Below, piece after piece: positions 47,007 to 57,324 of a stretch of DNA of 64,000 nucleotides. Every line of letters starts with the position of its first letter. Position 1 is the stretch's first letter. This stretch comes from an uncultured Candidatus Saccharibacteria bacterium (GTDB taxonomy: Bacteria; Patescibacteriota; Minisyncoccia; Phycocordibacterales; PALSA-1337). The position numbers were made by a program, and so were the translations under genes. The DNA is taken from NCBI GenBank assembly GCA_964416985.1, contig CAYQFS010000001.1, positions 83,413 to 147,412 on the forward strand, read 5' to 3'. The notes beneath the pieces are model-generated. The model did not search any database. It worked only from the letters and a program-made list of their open reading frames with translations, and was not told where the DNA came from.

Positions 47007-47703
47007 ATATATATACGTCGTCGAGAAAAATATTCAGGAGACCTACGATGTCTCCACTCTCGAATTGCATGTTTTAAATGAAAAACTTCCTCGCTATGTT
47101 GCGGGGCAGTACATTACTGTATATTTTCCTCAGAGCGGAACTCCAGAAGGAAAGGCATACAGCATCTCCAATCCACCGGGTTCAACGACTTTGAACATCA
47201 GTGTAAAATCAATGGGAGAATTTTCGAGGAAACTCGTAGCCCTTCGTCGTGGCGATACTGTTACTGGTTCGCTCCCGTACGGATATTTTTTTAGTGAATC
47301 ACTCGAAATACCTCTTGTGCTCATTGCTGCTGGGATTGGTATTTCTCCGTTCAGGTCGATCATTTTTGATGCAATTTCGAAAAATCCTTTACGGCAAATC
47401 ACGCTTCTTTACAGTAGTAAGACTGCTGGTGATATTATTTTCCGGGAGGAATTTGATACACTACATTCTTTGCAAGCAAACTTTAAAGTGAGGTATTTCC
47501 TGACACGTGAGACGACCAACCATCAAAACATTACATGCTCGAGAATTGACGAGAAAGCTCTCGAAAAATATCGAAGTCCAAGCAATGAAGCAGAATACAT
47601 GATCTGCGGAAGTATTTCATTTACTCGTGACATGTGGAAGTTACTCAAAAGGATCGGAGTTTTAGAAGAGAAAATCTACACCGAAGCGTTCTTTTCCCAT
47701 TAG
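46987..47703 (+). CDS. FAD/NAD(P)-binding ferredoxin-reductase-like oxidoreductase
   Basis: AGQY, KAYSIS, GEFS, AAGIGISPF, YMICGS, terminal EAF. Confidence 0.88.
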   Translation: MKQTENKYIYVVEKNIQETYDVSTLELHVLNEKLPRYVAGQYITVYFPQSGTPEGKAYSISNPPGSTTLNISVKSMGEFSRKLVALRRGDTVTGSLPYGYFFSESLEIPLVLIAAGIGISPFRSIIFDAISKNPLRQITLLYSSKTAGDIIFREEFDTLHSLQANFKVRYFLTRETTNHQNITCSRIDEKALEKYRSPSNEAEYMICGSISFTRDMWKLLKRIGVLEEKIYTEAFFSH

Positions 47704-48335
47704 TGCGCCACTGTTATTGTCTGAACATCTTCATATCCTGCCCGAAGAAGTGTTTCCCGAGCTTCTTTTGCGGTGCTTCCTGTCGTCACAACATCGTCGA
47801 TGAGAATTATTTTCTCTTCGATCAGAGTCCTAGTAACGGCAGTTTCTGTAACAGTGAAAATATTTTTTGCATCCTCAATTCTTTCAGCGCGACCCTTCAG
47901 AGTTTGTCTCTCAATATGTTTTGAACGGACAAGTAGTTCGTAATTTTTGGCAAATCTTTTTTCTGAGTCTAATGTAATAATCTCATCAATAATTAGCTCA
48001 CACTGGTTGTAGCCCCTTTCTCGTCTGCGCTTTTTTGAAATGGGAATGGGAATGAGAGTAATGGGGCACGAAAACTCAGAAAGCTTTTTATATAGAGCAT
48101 ATGCAGCGATCCGAGCAGCGTGCCTGTTTTTCTTGTATTTAATTTGCCAAACGAGTTCACGGACGAGAGGATCTTTGTAAGCAAAAAGGGGGAAAATGAA
48201 GGAATAAGGGGGCGGCGGGGCTTTCGAGGCTTTTTTCTCGAAATTTTCGGGTGAAAGGGAACGAATTAGGAGCTCCTTCTCTGATGGAGGAAAGAAAATG
48301 TCGATAATGAATACAAATGCCTTGTGCATCTGCAT
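47700..48335 (-). CDS. comF: ComF family phosphoribosyltransferase-fold competence protein
   Basis: IPIPISKKRRRERGYNQ, ILIDDVVTTGST. Confidence 0.9.
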   Translation of the reverse strand: MQMHKAFVFIIDIFFPPSEKELLIRSLSPENFEKKASKAPPPPYSFIFPLFAYKDPLVRELVWQIKYKKNRHAARIAAYALYKKLSEFSCPITLIPIPISKKRRRERGYNQCELIIDEIITLDSEKRFAKNYELLVRSKHIERQTLKGRAERIEDAKNIFTVTETAVTRTLIEEKIILIDDVVTTGSTAKEARETLLRAGYEDVQTITVAH

Positions 48336-48410
48336 ACCTTAGCAAACTGAAATGAAGAAAAAATAAAATTCTAGCAGTGGAGGGTTGATTCGTGTGATAT
48401 AATTAAAACC

Positions 48411-49520
48411 ATGAGTCTTGGCAGTCTATTTTCCTTTTTTTCCAAAAAAGACCGAAGCGTCCTTGGTATCGACATCGGTTCTTCAGCTATAAAGATCGTC
48501 CAGATCAAGCGTAAGCGGGGAAGGGCTGTTCTCGAGACGTATGGAGAGCTTGCTCTCGGTCCTTACGCCGGCATCGAAGTTGGTCGTTCAACAAGTCTTG
48601 CTAATGATAAGTTAATTGAGGCTCTCAAGGATATTCTTCGCGAAGCAAAAACTACGACAGTTTCAGCGGGAGTAGCACTACCTCTTTCATCGAGCCTCAT
48701 TTCCTTCATTACCCTCCCTCAAGTCCCTGATAATAAAATGGCAGAAGTCATTTCGATTGAAGCTCGAAAGTATATTCCTGTACCGATGAATGAGGTAATG
48801 CTCGACTGGTCTCCAATTCCTCGCGAAGAAGCCTTCAATACGGATGATGATCCAAAAAAAGACATAAAACAGCAGACTCAAGATGTGCTTATTGTTGCGA
48901 TTCATAACGAATACATAAGCAACTACCAAACAATCATGGCCGGGACAGGAATTTCTCCCTCATTTTATGAGATTGAACTCTTCAGTTCCATTCGTGCGGT
49001 GGTCGATCAGGGAATTCAGGCAGTGATGGTTATTGATATGGGTGCTCATGCTACAAAGCTTTATATTATCGAGCGTGGAATACTTAGATCATCACATATC
49101 ATCAACAAGGGCGGGCAGGACATCACTCTTGCTCTCTCAAAATCGTTGAGTATTAGTGTAAATGAAGCGGAAAATATGAAACGGGCTTACGGGCTCAAGG
49201 GAGGACCTGAGTACAAAGAGCTTACGGAAATTGTGACGGTCAATCTCGACTATGTTTTCTACGAAGCAAATGCAACCCTTCTTAATTATCAGAGAAAATC
49301 AATGAAAAATATTTCGAAAGTCATTCTCACAGGAGGGGGAGTGCTTCTCAAGGGATTTACTGATCTTGCAAAGATAAGTTTCCAGACGGAAGTGGTGTAC
49401 GCAGATCCATTTGGGAAATTGGAGACCCCCGCTTTTCTTGTCGAGCAACTCTCACAAGCTGGACCTGAATTTGCTGTGGCGATAGGCGCTGCCCTGAGGA
49501 GACTTTCTGAAGTTCAATAG
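48411..49520 (+). CDS. pilM: Type IV pilus assembly protein PilM
   Basis: GIDIGSSAIK, EARKYIP, IDMGA, ILTGGG, AIGAALR. Confidence 0.93.
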   Translation: MSLGSLFSFFSKKDRSVLGIDIGSSAIKIVQIKRKRGRAVLETYGELALGPYAGIEVGRSTSLANDKLIEALKDILREAKTTTVSAGVALPLSSSLISFITLPQVPDNKMAEVISIEARKYIPVPMNEVMLDWSPIPREEAFNTDDDPKKDIKQQTQDVLIVAIHNEYISNYQTIMAGTGISPSFYEIELFSSIRAVVDQGIQAVMVIDMGAHATKLYIIERGILRSSHIINKGGQDITLALSKSLSISVNEAENMKRAYGLKGGPEYKELTEIVTVNLDYVFYEANATLLNYQRKSMKNISKVILTGGGVLLKGFTDLAKISFQTEVVYADPFGKLETPAFLVEQLSQAGPEFAVAIGAALRRLSEVQ

Positions 49521-49602
49521 ATATACACAGGATGGGGAATGCGGTCGCACCCCTTCTGTACTATAATTAGGGAGAATCTTGTATTCCCAAAGCCTTTTAA
49601 TA

Positions 49603-50292
49603 ATGGAAACCAAATTTCAAACATCGTTCATTCCAAAGAAACCTCTCATCACTGGTGAGCGGCCACGAAGTCCTGTTGGAGTGAGTATTTTTATGGGACT
49701 TGCCGTCGTTCTCTTTGTCGCGTCTCTTGCGGGTGCAGGCTTTGTCTTTGCTTGGAAAAGTCTTCTTATTGACAGTCAGAAAAAATACCAGATCGAACTC
49801 ACTGAGCAGGAGAAAAGATTTAAACCAGAAGAAATAGAACGCCTCAAAAAGAAGAATATTCGCATTGATTTTGCGAAGGAACTTCTAAAGAATCATCTTT
49901 CTGTTTCTGAAATCTTTACCATCATTGGTGGATTGACGATCGATGGTGTTCGTTTTGCGAGCCTCGACTACTCTGGCCCTGATCCGAAGTCCCAGAATGG
50001 AGGAAACCTAGCAAAAATTTCAATGAAGGGATTGGCAAATAGCTTCTCGAGTATTGCGTGGCAGTCAGATGTTTTTGGAAATTCACAAAAATATGGAACG
50101 AACAAGATCTTGAAGAATCCAGTTCTCTCGGATCTTGCGGTCGATGCGACGGGAAATGTCGGTTTCTCTTTTGCGGCAAACATTGATCCAGCTGACATTT
50201 CATATGAGAAAACTTTGGTCGAAAAACTTCAGTCGGAAGGACTCATTGTTCCTCCTCCTGCAAGTGCTGGAGCTTCATCAACACCACAATAA
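49603..50292 (+). CDS. PilN-like membrane protein
   Basis: FQTSFIPKKP N-terminal peptide, TM, coiled coil; position after pilM. Confidence 0.65.
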   Translation: METKFQTSFIPKKPLITGERPRSPVGVSIFMGLAVVLFVASLAGAGFVFAWKSLLIDSQKKYQIELTEQEKRFKPEEIERLKKKNIRIDFAKELLKNHLSVSEIFTIIGGLTIDGVRFASLDYSGPDPKSQNGGNLAKISMKGLANSFSSIAWQSDVFGNSQKYGTNKILKNPVLSDLAVDATGNVGFSFAANIDPADISYEKTLVEKLQSEGLIVPPPASAGASSTPQ

Positions 50293-50295
50293 TTT

Positions 50296-50865
50296 ATGAG
50301 CAAAAACATTACAGCACTTATACTCATAGTTCTCGCCATAGGGACTTACTTTACATTTACCAAGAACAAGCTCAATGAATTGGCTGCTATTAAGGCTGTA
50401 AATGCCGAGTACAAGACAGCTATTGATAATGCAAATCGCCTCGTTGCTATTCGAGAAAAGGTGGTAAAGGATGACATCAATATCTCAGAATCGGATAATA
50501 TTCGTCTCGCAAAGATTCTTCCAGACAATGTTGACAATGTTCGCCTTATTATCGATGTAAAAGACAATATTGCAGCTCGCCACGGACTTTTTTTGAAGGG
50601 AATAAAGACGAGCTCTCCGACCGACGTTGCTCAGAATTCAAGTGAAAACAGGGGGGTTGCCGAGGCCATTGCAAATGGATATGGGACAGTTAGTCTCTCT
50701 TTCTCTGTTACGACAAATTACCAAACCTTCCTCGATTTCATGCAGGATCTCGAGGCGAGCCTCCGCATCATGGATATTTCCAAGCTCAACGTGATTGCGA
50801 GTGAGGGAGGAAACGGTTCGTATGATTTTAATGTCGAGGTGAAGACCTACTGGCTCAAGCAATAA
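50296..50865 (+). CDS. PilO-like protein
   Basis: TM, coiled coil, KILPD, YQTFLDFMQDLEASLRIMDI. Confidence 0.75.
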   Translation: MSKNITALILIVLAIGTYFTFTKNKLNELAAIKAVNAEYKTAIDNANRLVAIREKVVKDDINISESDNIRLAKILPDNVDNVRLIIDVKDNIAARHGLFLKGIKTSSPTDVAQNSSENRGVAEAIANGYGTVSLSFSVTTNYQTFLDFMQDLEASLRIMDISKLNVIASEGGNGSYDFNVEVKTYWLKQ

Positions 50866-50870
50866 CACAT

Positions 50871-51215
50871 ATGTCATCATCAAAGAAAAATAGTATCGTA
50901 ATTATCATTCTTGTAGTACTTGCAGGGTTTGCTTACTTTTACTTTACAGGAGATCCGACAGACCCATCTGCTCTTGCTCCGGAGGCATCTCCTGAGGCTG
51001 CGGCCTCGGTCGCCGAGGCCGCCCATGTGCTTTCTCTCTTGAACCAGATTCAGTCAATTCACATTGATACAAAGTTTTTTGAGTCGACGGTTTTCAAATC
51101 ACTTGTCGATAACATGGTCGTTGTCCCTGAACAAAATGTTGGAAGGCCAAATCCCTTCGTTGCTGTCCCGGGAGCATTTGCTGCGCCAGCTCAGCCTTCG
51201 GCTCCGCGACGCTAG
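50871..51215 (+). CDS. Pilus-associated hypothetical protein (PilP position)
   Basis: TM anchor and GRPNPF motif; synteny. Confidence 0.55.
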   Translation: MSSSKKNSIVIIILVVLAGFAYFYFTGDPTDPSALAPEASPEAAASVAEAAHVLSLLNQIQSIHIDTKFFESTVFKSLVDNMVVVPEQNVGRPNPFVAVPGAFAAPAQPSAPRR

Positions 51216-51227
51216 CCTTATTTATAT

Positions 51228-52943
51228 ATGAGCATAACAGACGTACTTCTCAGTAAAAATCTTATCTCAAAAGATGATATTCGGGAGATCAAGAGAAGAA
51301 TGGGAGAGGGAGATTCTCTCGATCAGATTCTCATTGAACGTGGGGTAAAAGTAGAGGACATCCTTGCTGCACGAGGAGAATTTTTGAACATCCCTGTCCG
51401 AAGTCTCGGAGATACGTCGGTCCCCTTTGAGGCACTCGAATATATTCCTGAGGAATCGGCCGCACACTATCGTTTTGTTCCAATCGGAATTAAAGAAGGG
51501 ATGCTCGAGGTTGGAATCGTGGATCCTGATAATATCGAAGCCCGTGACGCCCTCAATTTCATTGCTGCAAAGAACAATATTCCTTATAAGATTTATATCA
51601 TCAGTCTCGATGATTACAACAAGGTCATTGAATCCTACAAAGGTCTTTCAGGAGAAGTTTCAAAGGCGCTTTCTGAGCTTGAGACGGTTCTTTCGGTCGA
51701 CACTGAAGGAACAATTGATACAAAAAAATCGAAAACAGATCCAAAGTCCGAAGCCTTCATCATTGAGGACGCTCCTGTTGTAAAGATTGTGGCGACTATC
51801 GTTCGATATGCAACCGAAGGAAATGCTTCCGACGTTCATATTGAGCATATGCACGACAAAGTCCGTGTTCGTTTCCGTGTTGATGGAACATTGAACACAA
51901 GCCTCGTTCTTCCTCCACAGGTTCACAGTGCAGTCATTGCTCGTATCAAGGTGCTTTCGAACATGAAGCTTGATGAAAAGCGAAAGCCTCAGGACGGACG
52001 ATTCTCCGCGCGAATCGATGGAAGAAAAATAGACTTCCGTGTTTCGACATTCCCAGCATACTACGGTGAAAAGATCGTGATGCGAATCCTCGATCAGGAA
52101 AAAGGTGTAAAGAAACTCGACGACATGGGTCTCACAAAGAAAAATGTCGATCTCATTCGGGAAGCTATCGGCCGCCCATATGGGCTCATTCTCATAACTG
52201 GTCCTACAGGATCCGGAAAGTCTACAACTCTCTATTCGATGCTCAATGAGGTCGACAAGGAAGGTTCAAATGTACTTTCCCTCGAAGATCCGATCGAATA
52301 TAACATGGAAGGCGTGAGTCAGTCGCAAGTTCATCCTGAAATTGGTTATACATTTGCATCTGGACTAAGAACGACACTACGTCAGGACCCAGACATTATC
52401 ATGGTGGGTGAGATCCGAGATAAAGAGACGGCACAGCTTGCGGTACAAGCTGCTCTTACCGGTCACCTCGTGTTCTCGACACTTCACACCAACAACGCTG
52501 CTGGAGTTATTCCTCGTCTCATTGACATGGGAGTTGATCCCTACCTCATCGCACCAACACTCATTCTTGCAGTTGCTCAGCGTCTCGTAAGTCTCCTTTG
52601 TCCTGGTGGAGGAAAGCCGATACCTGTTGAGGGAAGTATCAAACTTCTCATTGACAGGCAGTTTGCCGATATTCCTGAACAATTTAAGAAGGACATTCCA
52701 TTTACTGATACAGTTTACCAGGCTTCACCAACTCCCGATTGCCCAAAGGGAATTAGAGGAAGAACTGCTGTGTTTGAAGGTTTCAAGATGGATAAGGATA
52801 TTGAAGCGGCGATTCTCAAATCTCCGACAGAGCTTGAAATCTCAAGAATTCTTCGCCAAAAAGGAATGCTTACTATGAGAGAAGATGCCATGCTCAAGGC
52901 TTTCCAAAAGCTCATTCCTTTTGAGGAGGTTAACAAGTTGTAA
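51228..52943 (+). CDS. pilB: Type IV pilus extension ATPase PilB/GspE family
   Basis: ASDVHIE, PQDGR, GPTGSGKSTT, LRQDPDIIMVGEIRD, TGHLVFSTLH. Confidence 0.93.
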   Translation: MSITDVLLSKNLISKDDIREIKRRMGEGDSLDQILIERGVKVEDILAARGEFLNIPVRSLGDTSVPFEALEYIPEESAAHYRFVPIGIKEGMLEVGIVDPDNIEARDALNFIAAKNNIPYKIYIISLDDYNKVIESYKGLSGEVSKALSELETVLSVDTEGTIDTKKSKTDPKSEAFIIEDAPVVKIVATIVRYATEGNASDVHIEHMHDKVRVRFRVDGTLNTSLVLPPQVHSAVIARIKVLSNMKLDEKRKPQDGRFSARIDGRKIDFRVSTFPAYYGEKIVMRILDQEKGVKKLDDMGLTKKNVDLIREAIGRPYGLILITGPTGSGKSTTLYSMLNEVDKEGSNVLSLEDPIEYNMEGVSQSQVHPEIGYTFASGLRTTLRQDPDIIMVGEIRDKETAQLAVQAALTGHLVFSTLHTNNAAGVIPRLIDMGVDPYLIAPTLILAVAQRLVSLLCPGGGKPIPVEGSIKLLIDRQFADIPEQFKKDIPFTDTVYQASPTPDCPKGIRGRTAVFEGFKMDKDIEAAILKSPTELEISRILRQKGMLTMREDAMLKAFQKLIPFEEVNKL

Positions 52944-52981
52944 TGGAGAGGTGGTAACGACTCCTGTGATATAATAAACAC

Positions 52982-53386
52982 ATGGAAATTTCTGAAACAA
53001 CAAAACCACGATCAATCCTCTTCGTCGATGATGACAAATTTCTCCTCGATATGTATGCTTTGAAGTTTTCAAAGAATAATTTTGAGGTAAAGACTGCGGA
53101 GGGTCCGGAAGCTGCCCTCAAGATCATCCATGACGGCTTTGAACCCGATATTCTTCTTGTCGACGTTGTCATGCCTGGCATGGACGGTATCGAATTTCTT
53201 TCAATCATTCGAAAAGAGGAGCTTCTCAAGAAATCAATCATCATTATGCTTACAAATCAGGGTCTTCCTGACGATATTGCTCGGGCAAAGAAGCTCAATG
53301 TCGACGGATACATCATCAAGGCCACAACCATTCCATCCGAAGTCCTTGAGGAGGTAAATAAGATCGTTCGATCTACCAAAAAATAA
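52982..53386 (+). CDS. Single-domain response regulator receiver
   Basis: ILFVDDD, ILLVDVVMPGMDG, MLTN, YIIKA. Confidence 0.92.
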   Translation: MEISETTKPRSILFVDDDKFLLDMYALKFSKNNFEVKTAEGPEAALKIIHDGFEPDILLVDVVMPGMDGIEFLSIIRKEELLKKSIIIMLTNQGLPDDIARAKKLNVDGYIIKATTIPSEVLEEVNKIVRSTKK

Positions 53387-53403
53387 TCTAATCAACAAAC
53401 AGC

Positions 53404-54462
53404 ATGGAATATAAAAAAGAAATTGAGGAACTTGTAGCGACAGTTGTCCATGAGGGCGCTTCCGATCTCCATCTTTCGGAGGGGAGGAATCCCCTTATTC
53501 GTGTTTCTGGTGGGCTTATACCTCTTATAAAGAGGCCAGTTCTTACCAATACTGACATGCTTGGATTTATCCAGGAGTTTTTGAGTGAAAAGAATAAGAA
53601 GATTCTCGAAACTGCACGATCGGCTGATTTTTCATATGGACTTCCCGACGTCCGCTTTCGAGGAAATGTTTTTTATCATCAAAACCAACTTTCCATTGCT
53701 CTCCGTCTTATTCCTAAAAGCATACGGACACTTGCCGAGCTCAATCTTCCTCCAATTCTCGAGTCATTTGCCCGAAAACAGCAGGGATTTTTCCTCTGCG
53801 TGGGGCCAATCGGCCAAGGAAAGACGACAACTCTCGCCGCACTTATTGAAATAATAAACCAGACTCGAACAGAGCATATTCTGACCATTGAAGACCCTGT
53901 CGAGTATCTTTATGAATCCAAAAAGTCTATTATTGACCAGAGAGAAGTGGGGACGGATGCTCCGGATTTTAACAGTGCGCTTGTGGCAATGTTCCGAGAG
54001 GATATTGACGTTTGTCTCGTGGGAGAAATGAGAGACACCAACACTATTTCCACAGCTGTTACAGCTGCCGAGACCGGTCACCTCATCTTTTCCACACTTC
54101 ACACAAATAATGCCGCCCAGACCATCAACCGTATTATCGACTCGTTTCCACCAGCCCAGCAGGATCAGATCCGCGTTCAGCTTGCTGGATCTCTCACGGG
54201 TATTTTCTCTCAGCGTCTTGTCCCTCGAATCTCAGGAGGTCTCGTTCCAGCATACGAGCTTCTCATCAACAACTCAGCTGTGGCAAACCTCATTCGGGAA
54301 AAAAGAATTCATGAAATTAACACCGTCATAGAGACGAGCTCAAAGGACGGGATGGTTGACATGAATCGATCTTTGGCCGAGCTTGTGCGGGCGGGGGAGA
54401 TTACGGTCGAAAGTGCATATTTGAATTCCCTCAATCCAAAAAATCTCGAAAGAATTATTTAA
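53404..54462 (+). CDS. pilT: Type IV pilus retraction ATPase
   Basis: ASDLHL, GPIGQGKTTT, EDPVEY, AAETGHL, NLIRE. Confidence 0.93.
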   Translation: MEYKKEIEELVATVVHEGASDLHLSEGRNPLIRVSGGLIPLIKRPVLTNTDMLGFIQEFLSEKNKKILETARSADFSYGLPDVRFRGNVFYHQNQLSIALRLIPKSIRTLAELNLPPILESFARKQQGFFLCVGPIGQGKTTTLAALIEIINQTRTEHILTIEDPVEYLYESKKSIIDQREVGTDAPDFNSALVAMFREDIDVCLVGEMRDTNTISTAVTAAETGHLIFSTLHTNNAAQTINRIIDSFPPAQQDQIRVQLAGSLTGIFSQRLVPRISGGLVPAYELLINNSAVANLIREKRIHEINTVIETSSKDGMVDMNRSLAELVRAGEITVESAYLNSLNPKNLERII

Positions 54463-54471
54463 TACACACAT

Positions 54472-55680
54472 ATGCTTTTTAATTACCAAGCAGTTGATGC
54501 GACAGGAGCGGAGAAAAATGGATCAATTGATGCGGTGAATGTTGATATTGCAATCGGGTCTCTCCAGCGCAGAGGTCTTGTCATCACCTCTATTCACGAG
54601 GATAGCAAGGGAGGGGGACTTCTCAGTATGAACCTCGCCTTTTTTGATCGCGTTTCAAACAAAGACGTGGTCATTCTCTCTCGACAGCTCGCAACTCTTT
54701 TTCAAGCACAAGTTTCTGCTCTCCGCATTTTCCGTCTTCTTTCCGGTGAAGCTGAGAACAAGGTTCTTGGGAAAAAGCTTGCAACTATCGCAGACGATCT
54801 CCAGGCCGGAACCTCCATTTCTGCCTCTCTTGCAAAACATCCAAAAGTTTTCTCTGAATTTTATGTAAGTATGGTCAAAGCTGGAGAAGAGTCGGGAAAG
54901 CTCAATGAAACATTCAACTACCTCGCTGATTATCTCGACAGAACCTACGAACTCGCCGGAAAAGCCAAGGGAGCCCTCATTTATCCTGCTTTCGTCATCA
55001 TAACTTTTGTAACCGTTATGATCCTCATGTTTACGGTCGTTATTCCAAAGATCAGCGCAATTCTCGTTGATTCTGGTCAGGATATTCCTATCTATACAAA
55101 AATAATCCTCGGTATGAGCAATTTCCTTGTATCGTATGGTTTTCCTCTCCTCATGGTTGTCATTGTCGGAGGCTTCTTTCTCTTTAGATACACACAGACT
55201 CCATCTGGGACAGAGGCTCTTGACCGAGTGAAGCTCGGCATTCCATACTTGAGCACTCTCTTCCGTAAACTTTACCTCTCTCGTCTAGCTGACAACATGA
55301 ACACTATGCTTGTTTCTGGTATTCCTATGGTTCGCTCTCTCGAACTTACTTCATCAGTTATCAACAATGTTATTTACAAGAGAATCATTTCTGATGCCGT
55401 TGAGGCAGTTAAAGGTGGAAAAGCAATCTCCGAGGCCCTCTCAGGAAATACCGAAATTCCAGGAATTATGATCCAAATGATGAAAGTGGGGGAGGAGACA
55501 GGAGAACTCGGCAGTATTTTGAAGACCCTTGCAGCCTTTTATGCTCGTGAAGTGACAACTGCCGTCGACGCTCTCGTGGATCTTATCGAACCCTTGATGA
55601 TCGTCCTTCTCGGAGCTGGTGTGGCTATTCTTCTCGCTTCCGTCCTTGTTCCTATCTACAATATTGCTTCTGCACAGTAA
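54472..55680 (+). CDS. pilC: Type IV pilus platform protein PilC/GspF
   Basis: RQLATL, AGEESGKL, ALIYP, GEETGEL, LIEP. Confidence 0.94.
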   Translation: MLFNYQAVDATGAEKNGSIDAVNVDIAIGSLQRRGLVITSIHEDSKGGGLLSMNLAFFDRVSNKDVVILSRQLATLFQAQVSALRIFRLLSGEAENKVLGKKLATIADDLQAGTSISASLAKHPKVFSEFYVSMVKAGEESGKLNETFNYLADYLDRTYELAGKAKGALIYPAFVIITFVTVMILMFTVVIPKISAILVDSGQDIPIYTKIILGMSNFLVSYGFPLLMVVIVGGFFLFRYTQTPSGTEALDRVKLGIPYLSTLFRKLYLSRLADNMNTMLVSGIPMVRSLELTSSVINNVIYKRIISDAVEAVKGGKAISEALSGNTEIPGIMIQMMKVGEETGELGSILKTLAAFYAREVTTAVDALVDLIEPLMIVLLGAGVAILLASVLVPIYNIASAQ

Positions 55681-55787
55681 GGTAAACGGTTATCCACACG
55701 TTGTATACCCAGTTTTTAAGGGGGTGCTATAATTACTGGCATACGTAAGTATTTAAAAGTTATTTATTAGTAATTAAATTAGTTAGT

Positions 55788-56237
55788 ATGAAAAATACAA
55801 ATAAAGGTTTTACATTGATTGAACTTCTCGTGGTCATCGCGATCATCGGTATCTTGTCATCGATCGTCCTCGCGTCGCTCAACACGGCACGAAATAAGGG
55901 ATCAGACGCAGCAGTGAAGGGTAACCTTACAGGAATTCGACCACAGGCTGCTATTATCTATGACAATACTGGATCATACGCGACCCTCTGTTCAGATACA
56001 ACAGTGAGCGCAGCTATCAATGCAGCAAAGAGTGCAGCTGGAATTGCATCAGCAACTAATGTGACCCTTGGTACAGCAGGATCTGCAGGAACAGCAACTT
56101 GCCACGCAAATGGATCAACAGGATGGGCAGTCGAGGTTCCTCAGAAGACATCAGGATTTTTCTGTGTTAATGATGCTGGACTTGCAGCAAGCACATCAGC
56201 CTCAACTCTTGGAGCAAACGAGACAGATTGTCAATAG
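55788..56237 (+). CDS. Type IV pilin (probable major pilin)
   Basis: KGFTLIELLVVIAIIG prepilin motif; own promoter with leader, strong terminator, codon usage like highly expressed genes. Confidence 0.9.
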   Translation: MKNTNKGFTLIELLVVIAIIGILSSIVLASLNTARNKGSDAAVKGNLTGIRPQAAIIYDNTGSYATLCSDTTVSAAINAAKSAAGIASATNVTLGTAGSAGTATCHANGSTGWAVEVPQKTSGFFCVNDAGLAASTSASTLGANETDCQ

Positions 56238-56257
56238 AAGTTTAGTTGACCTAGACT

Positions 56258-56285
56258 CAAAACCACTCCATAAGGAGTGGTTTTG
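56258..56285 (+). terminator. Terminator after the first pilin
   Basis: CAAAACCACTCC-ATAA-GGAGTGGTTTTG perfect hairpin. Confidence 0.8.
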
Positions 56286-56305
56286 TTTTGTGTTATAATT
56301 ATCGA

Positions 56306-56788
56306 ATGAAAAATTTTACAAAAGGGTTCACTCTTATTGAATTGTTGGTAGTGATTGCAATTATAGGTATCTTGGCAGCGATTATTTTGCCAGCACTTAA
56401 TTCTGCCCGGCTAAAGAGCGAGGTTGCAAAATATAAAGGAGAAATGGATAATGTTAAAAAAGCAGCCGCTATATTTTTGAGCAACTCTTCAAATTACACA
56501 GGTCTTTTTACAGTAACAGGAAGTCCTGAAATAATCGATGTGGCTAATGCCGATGATACTGTGAAAAACTTGCTTGCAAGTCTTGCTGAAAAATCTTCGG
56601 ATACATCAATCTATGGGGTAGTCTCATCAGATGGAGCTAACTATGCTGTATACGGAAGAATGCCGGGTACTGCATCTTCCACTCTCACAGCAGCAGATAT
56701 CTGGTGTGTGGACAATAATGGTACAGCGAATAATCCATCGATTGATGCTGTAGATCAATTCACCACAGCAGTTTCTGCATGTTGGTAA
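56306..56788 (+). CDS. Type IV pilin-like protein
   Basis: KGFTLIELLVVIAIIG; C-terminal WCVD...C. Confidence 0.88.
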   Translation: MKNFTKGFTLIELLVVIAIIGILAAIILPALNSARLKSEVAKYKGEMDNVKKAAAIFLSNSSNYTGLFTVTGSPEIIDVANADDTVKNLLASLAEKSSDTSIYGVVSSDGANYAVYGRMPGTASSTLTAADIWCVDNNGTANNPSIDAVDQFTTAVSACW

Positions 56789-56830
56789 GCTCCTCTGCAC
56801 CGCTTTGCTGCCCTATGCTACAATAGAGGC

Positions 56831-57310
56831 ATGAAAATATCTCACAAAGGATTTACCCTCATCGAGCTTCTTGTCGTCATAGCAATCATTGCACTTTTGA
56901 CTGCAATAGTAACAAGTAATCTCACTACATCGAGATCAAAATCTCGTGATGGGAAGCGAGTTTCAGATCTGGCCCAGATCCAGCTAGCTCTCGAACTTTT
57001 TTTCGATAGGTGTAATGGGTATCCGGGGGTTGTTTCGAACCCCACCTCAGGTATTACTATCGCCTCATGTCCGAGCGGCATAAATCTAAGTACTTTTCTA
57101 GGGCAAGTGCCTAACCCACCAACTTCAGTAAGTGGGGATGTTTATACGTACTCGGTAAATTCAGTAAGTCCCGCTACTGACTATGTATTACGAGCCAGAC
57201 TCGAAAATAACAATCAGTCGGTCCTGAATGATGATGTCGATGGAACTGTATTTTCTACAGATTGCACCGATTCTGCGTCAAACTATTACTACTGCGTCCA
57301 GCCAAAATAA
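56831..57310 (+). CDS. Type IV pilin / GspG-like protein
   Basis: KGFTLIELLVVIAII, KSRDGKRVSDL.QIQLALELF. Confidence 0.88.
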   Translation: MKISHKGFTLIELLVVIAIIALLTAIVTSNLTTSRSKSRDGKRVSDLAQIQLALELFFDRCNGYPGVVSNPTSGITIASCPSGINLSTFLGQVPNPPTSVSGDVYTYSVNSVSPATDYVLRARLENNNQSVLNDDVDGTVFSTDCTDSASNYYYCVQPK

Positions 57311-57324
57311 TTTTATTTGATGTA

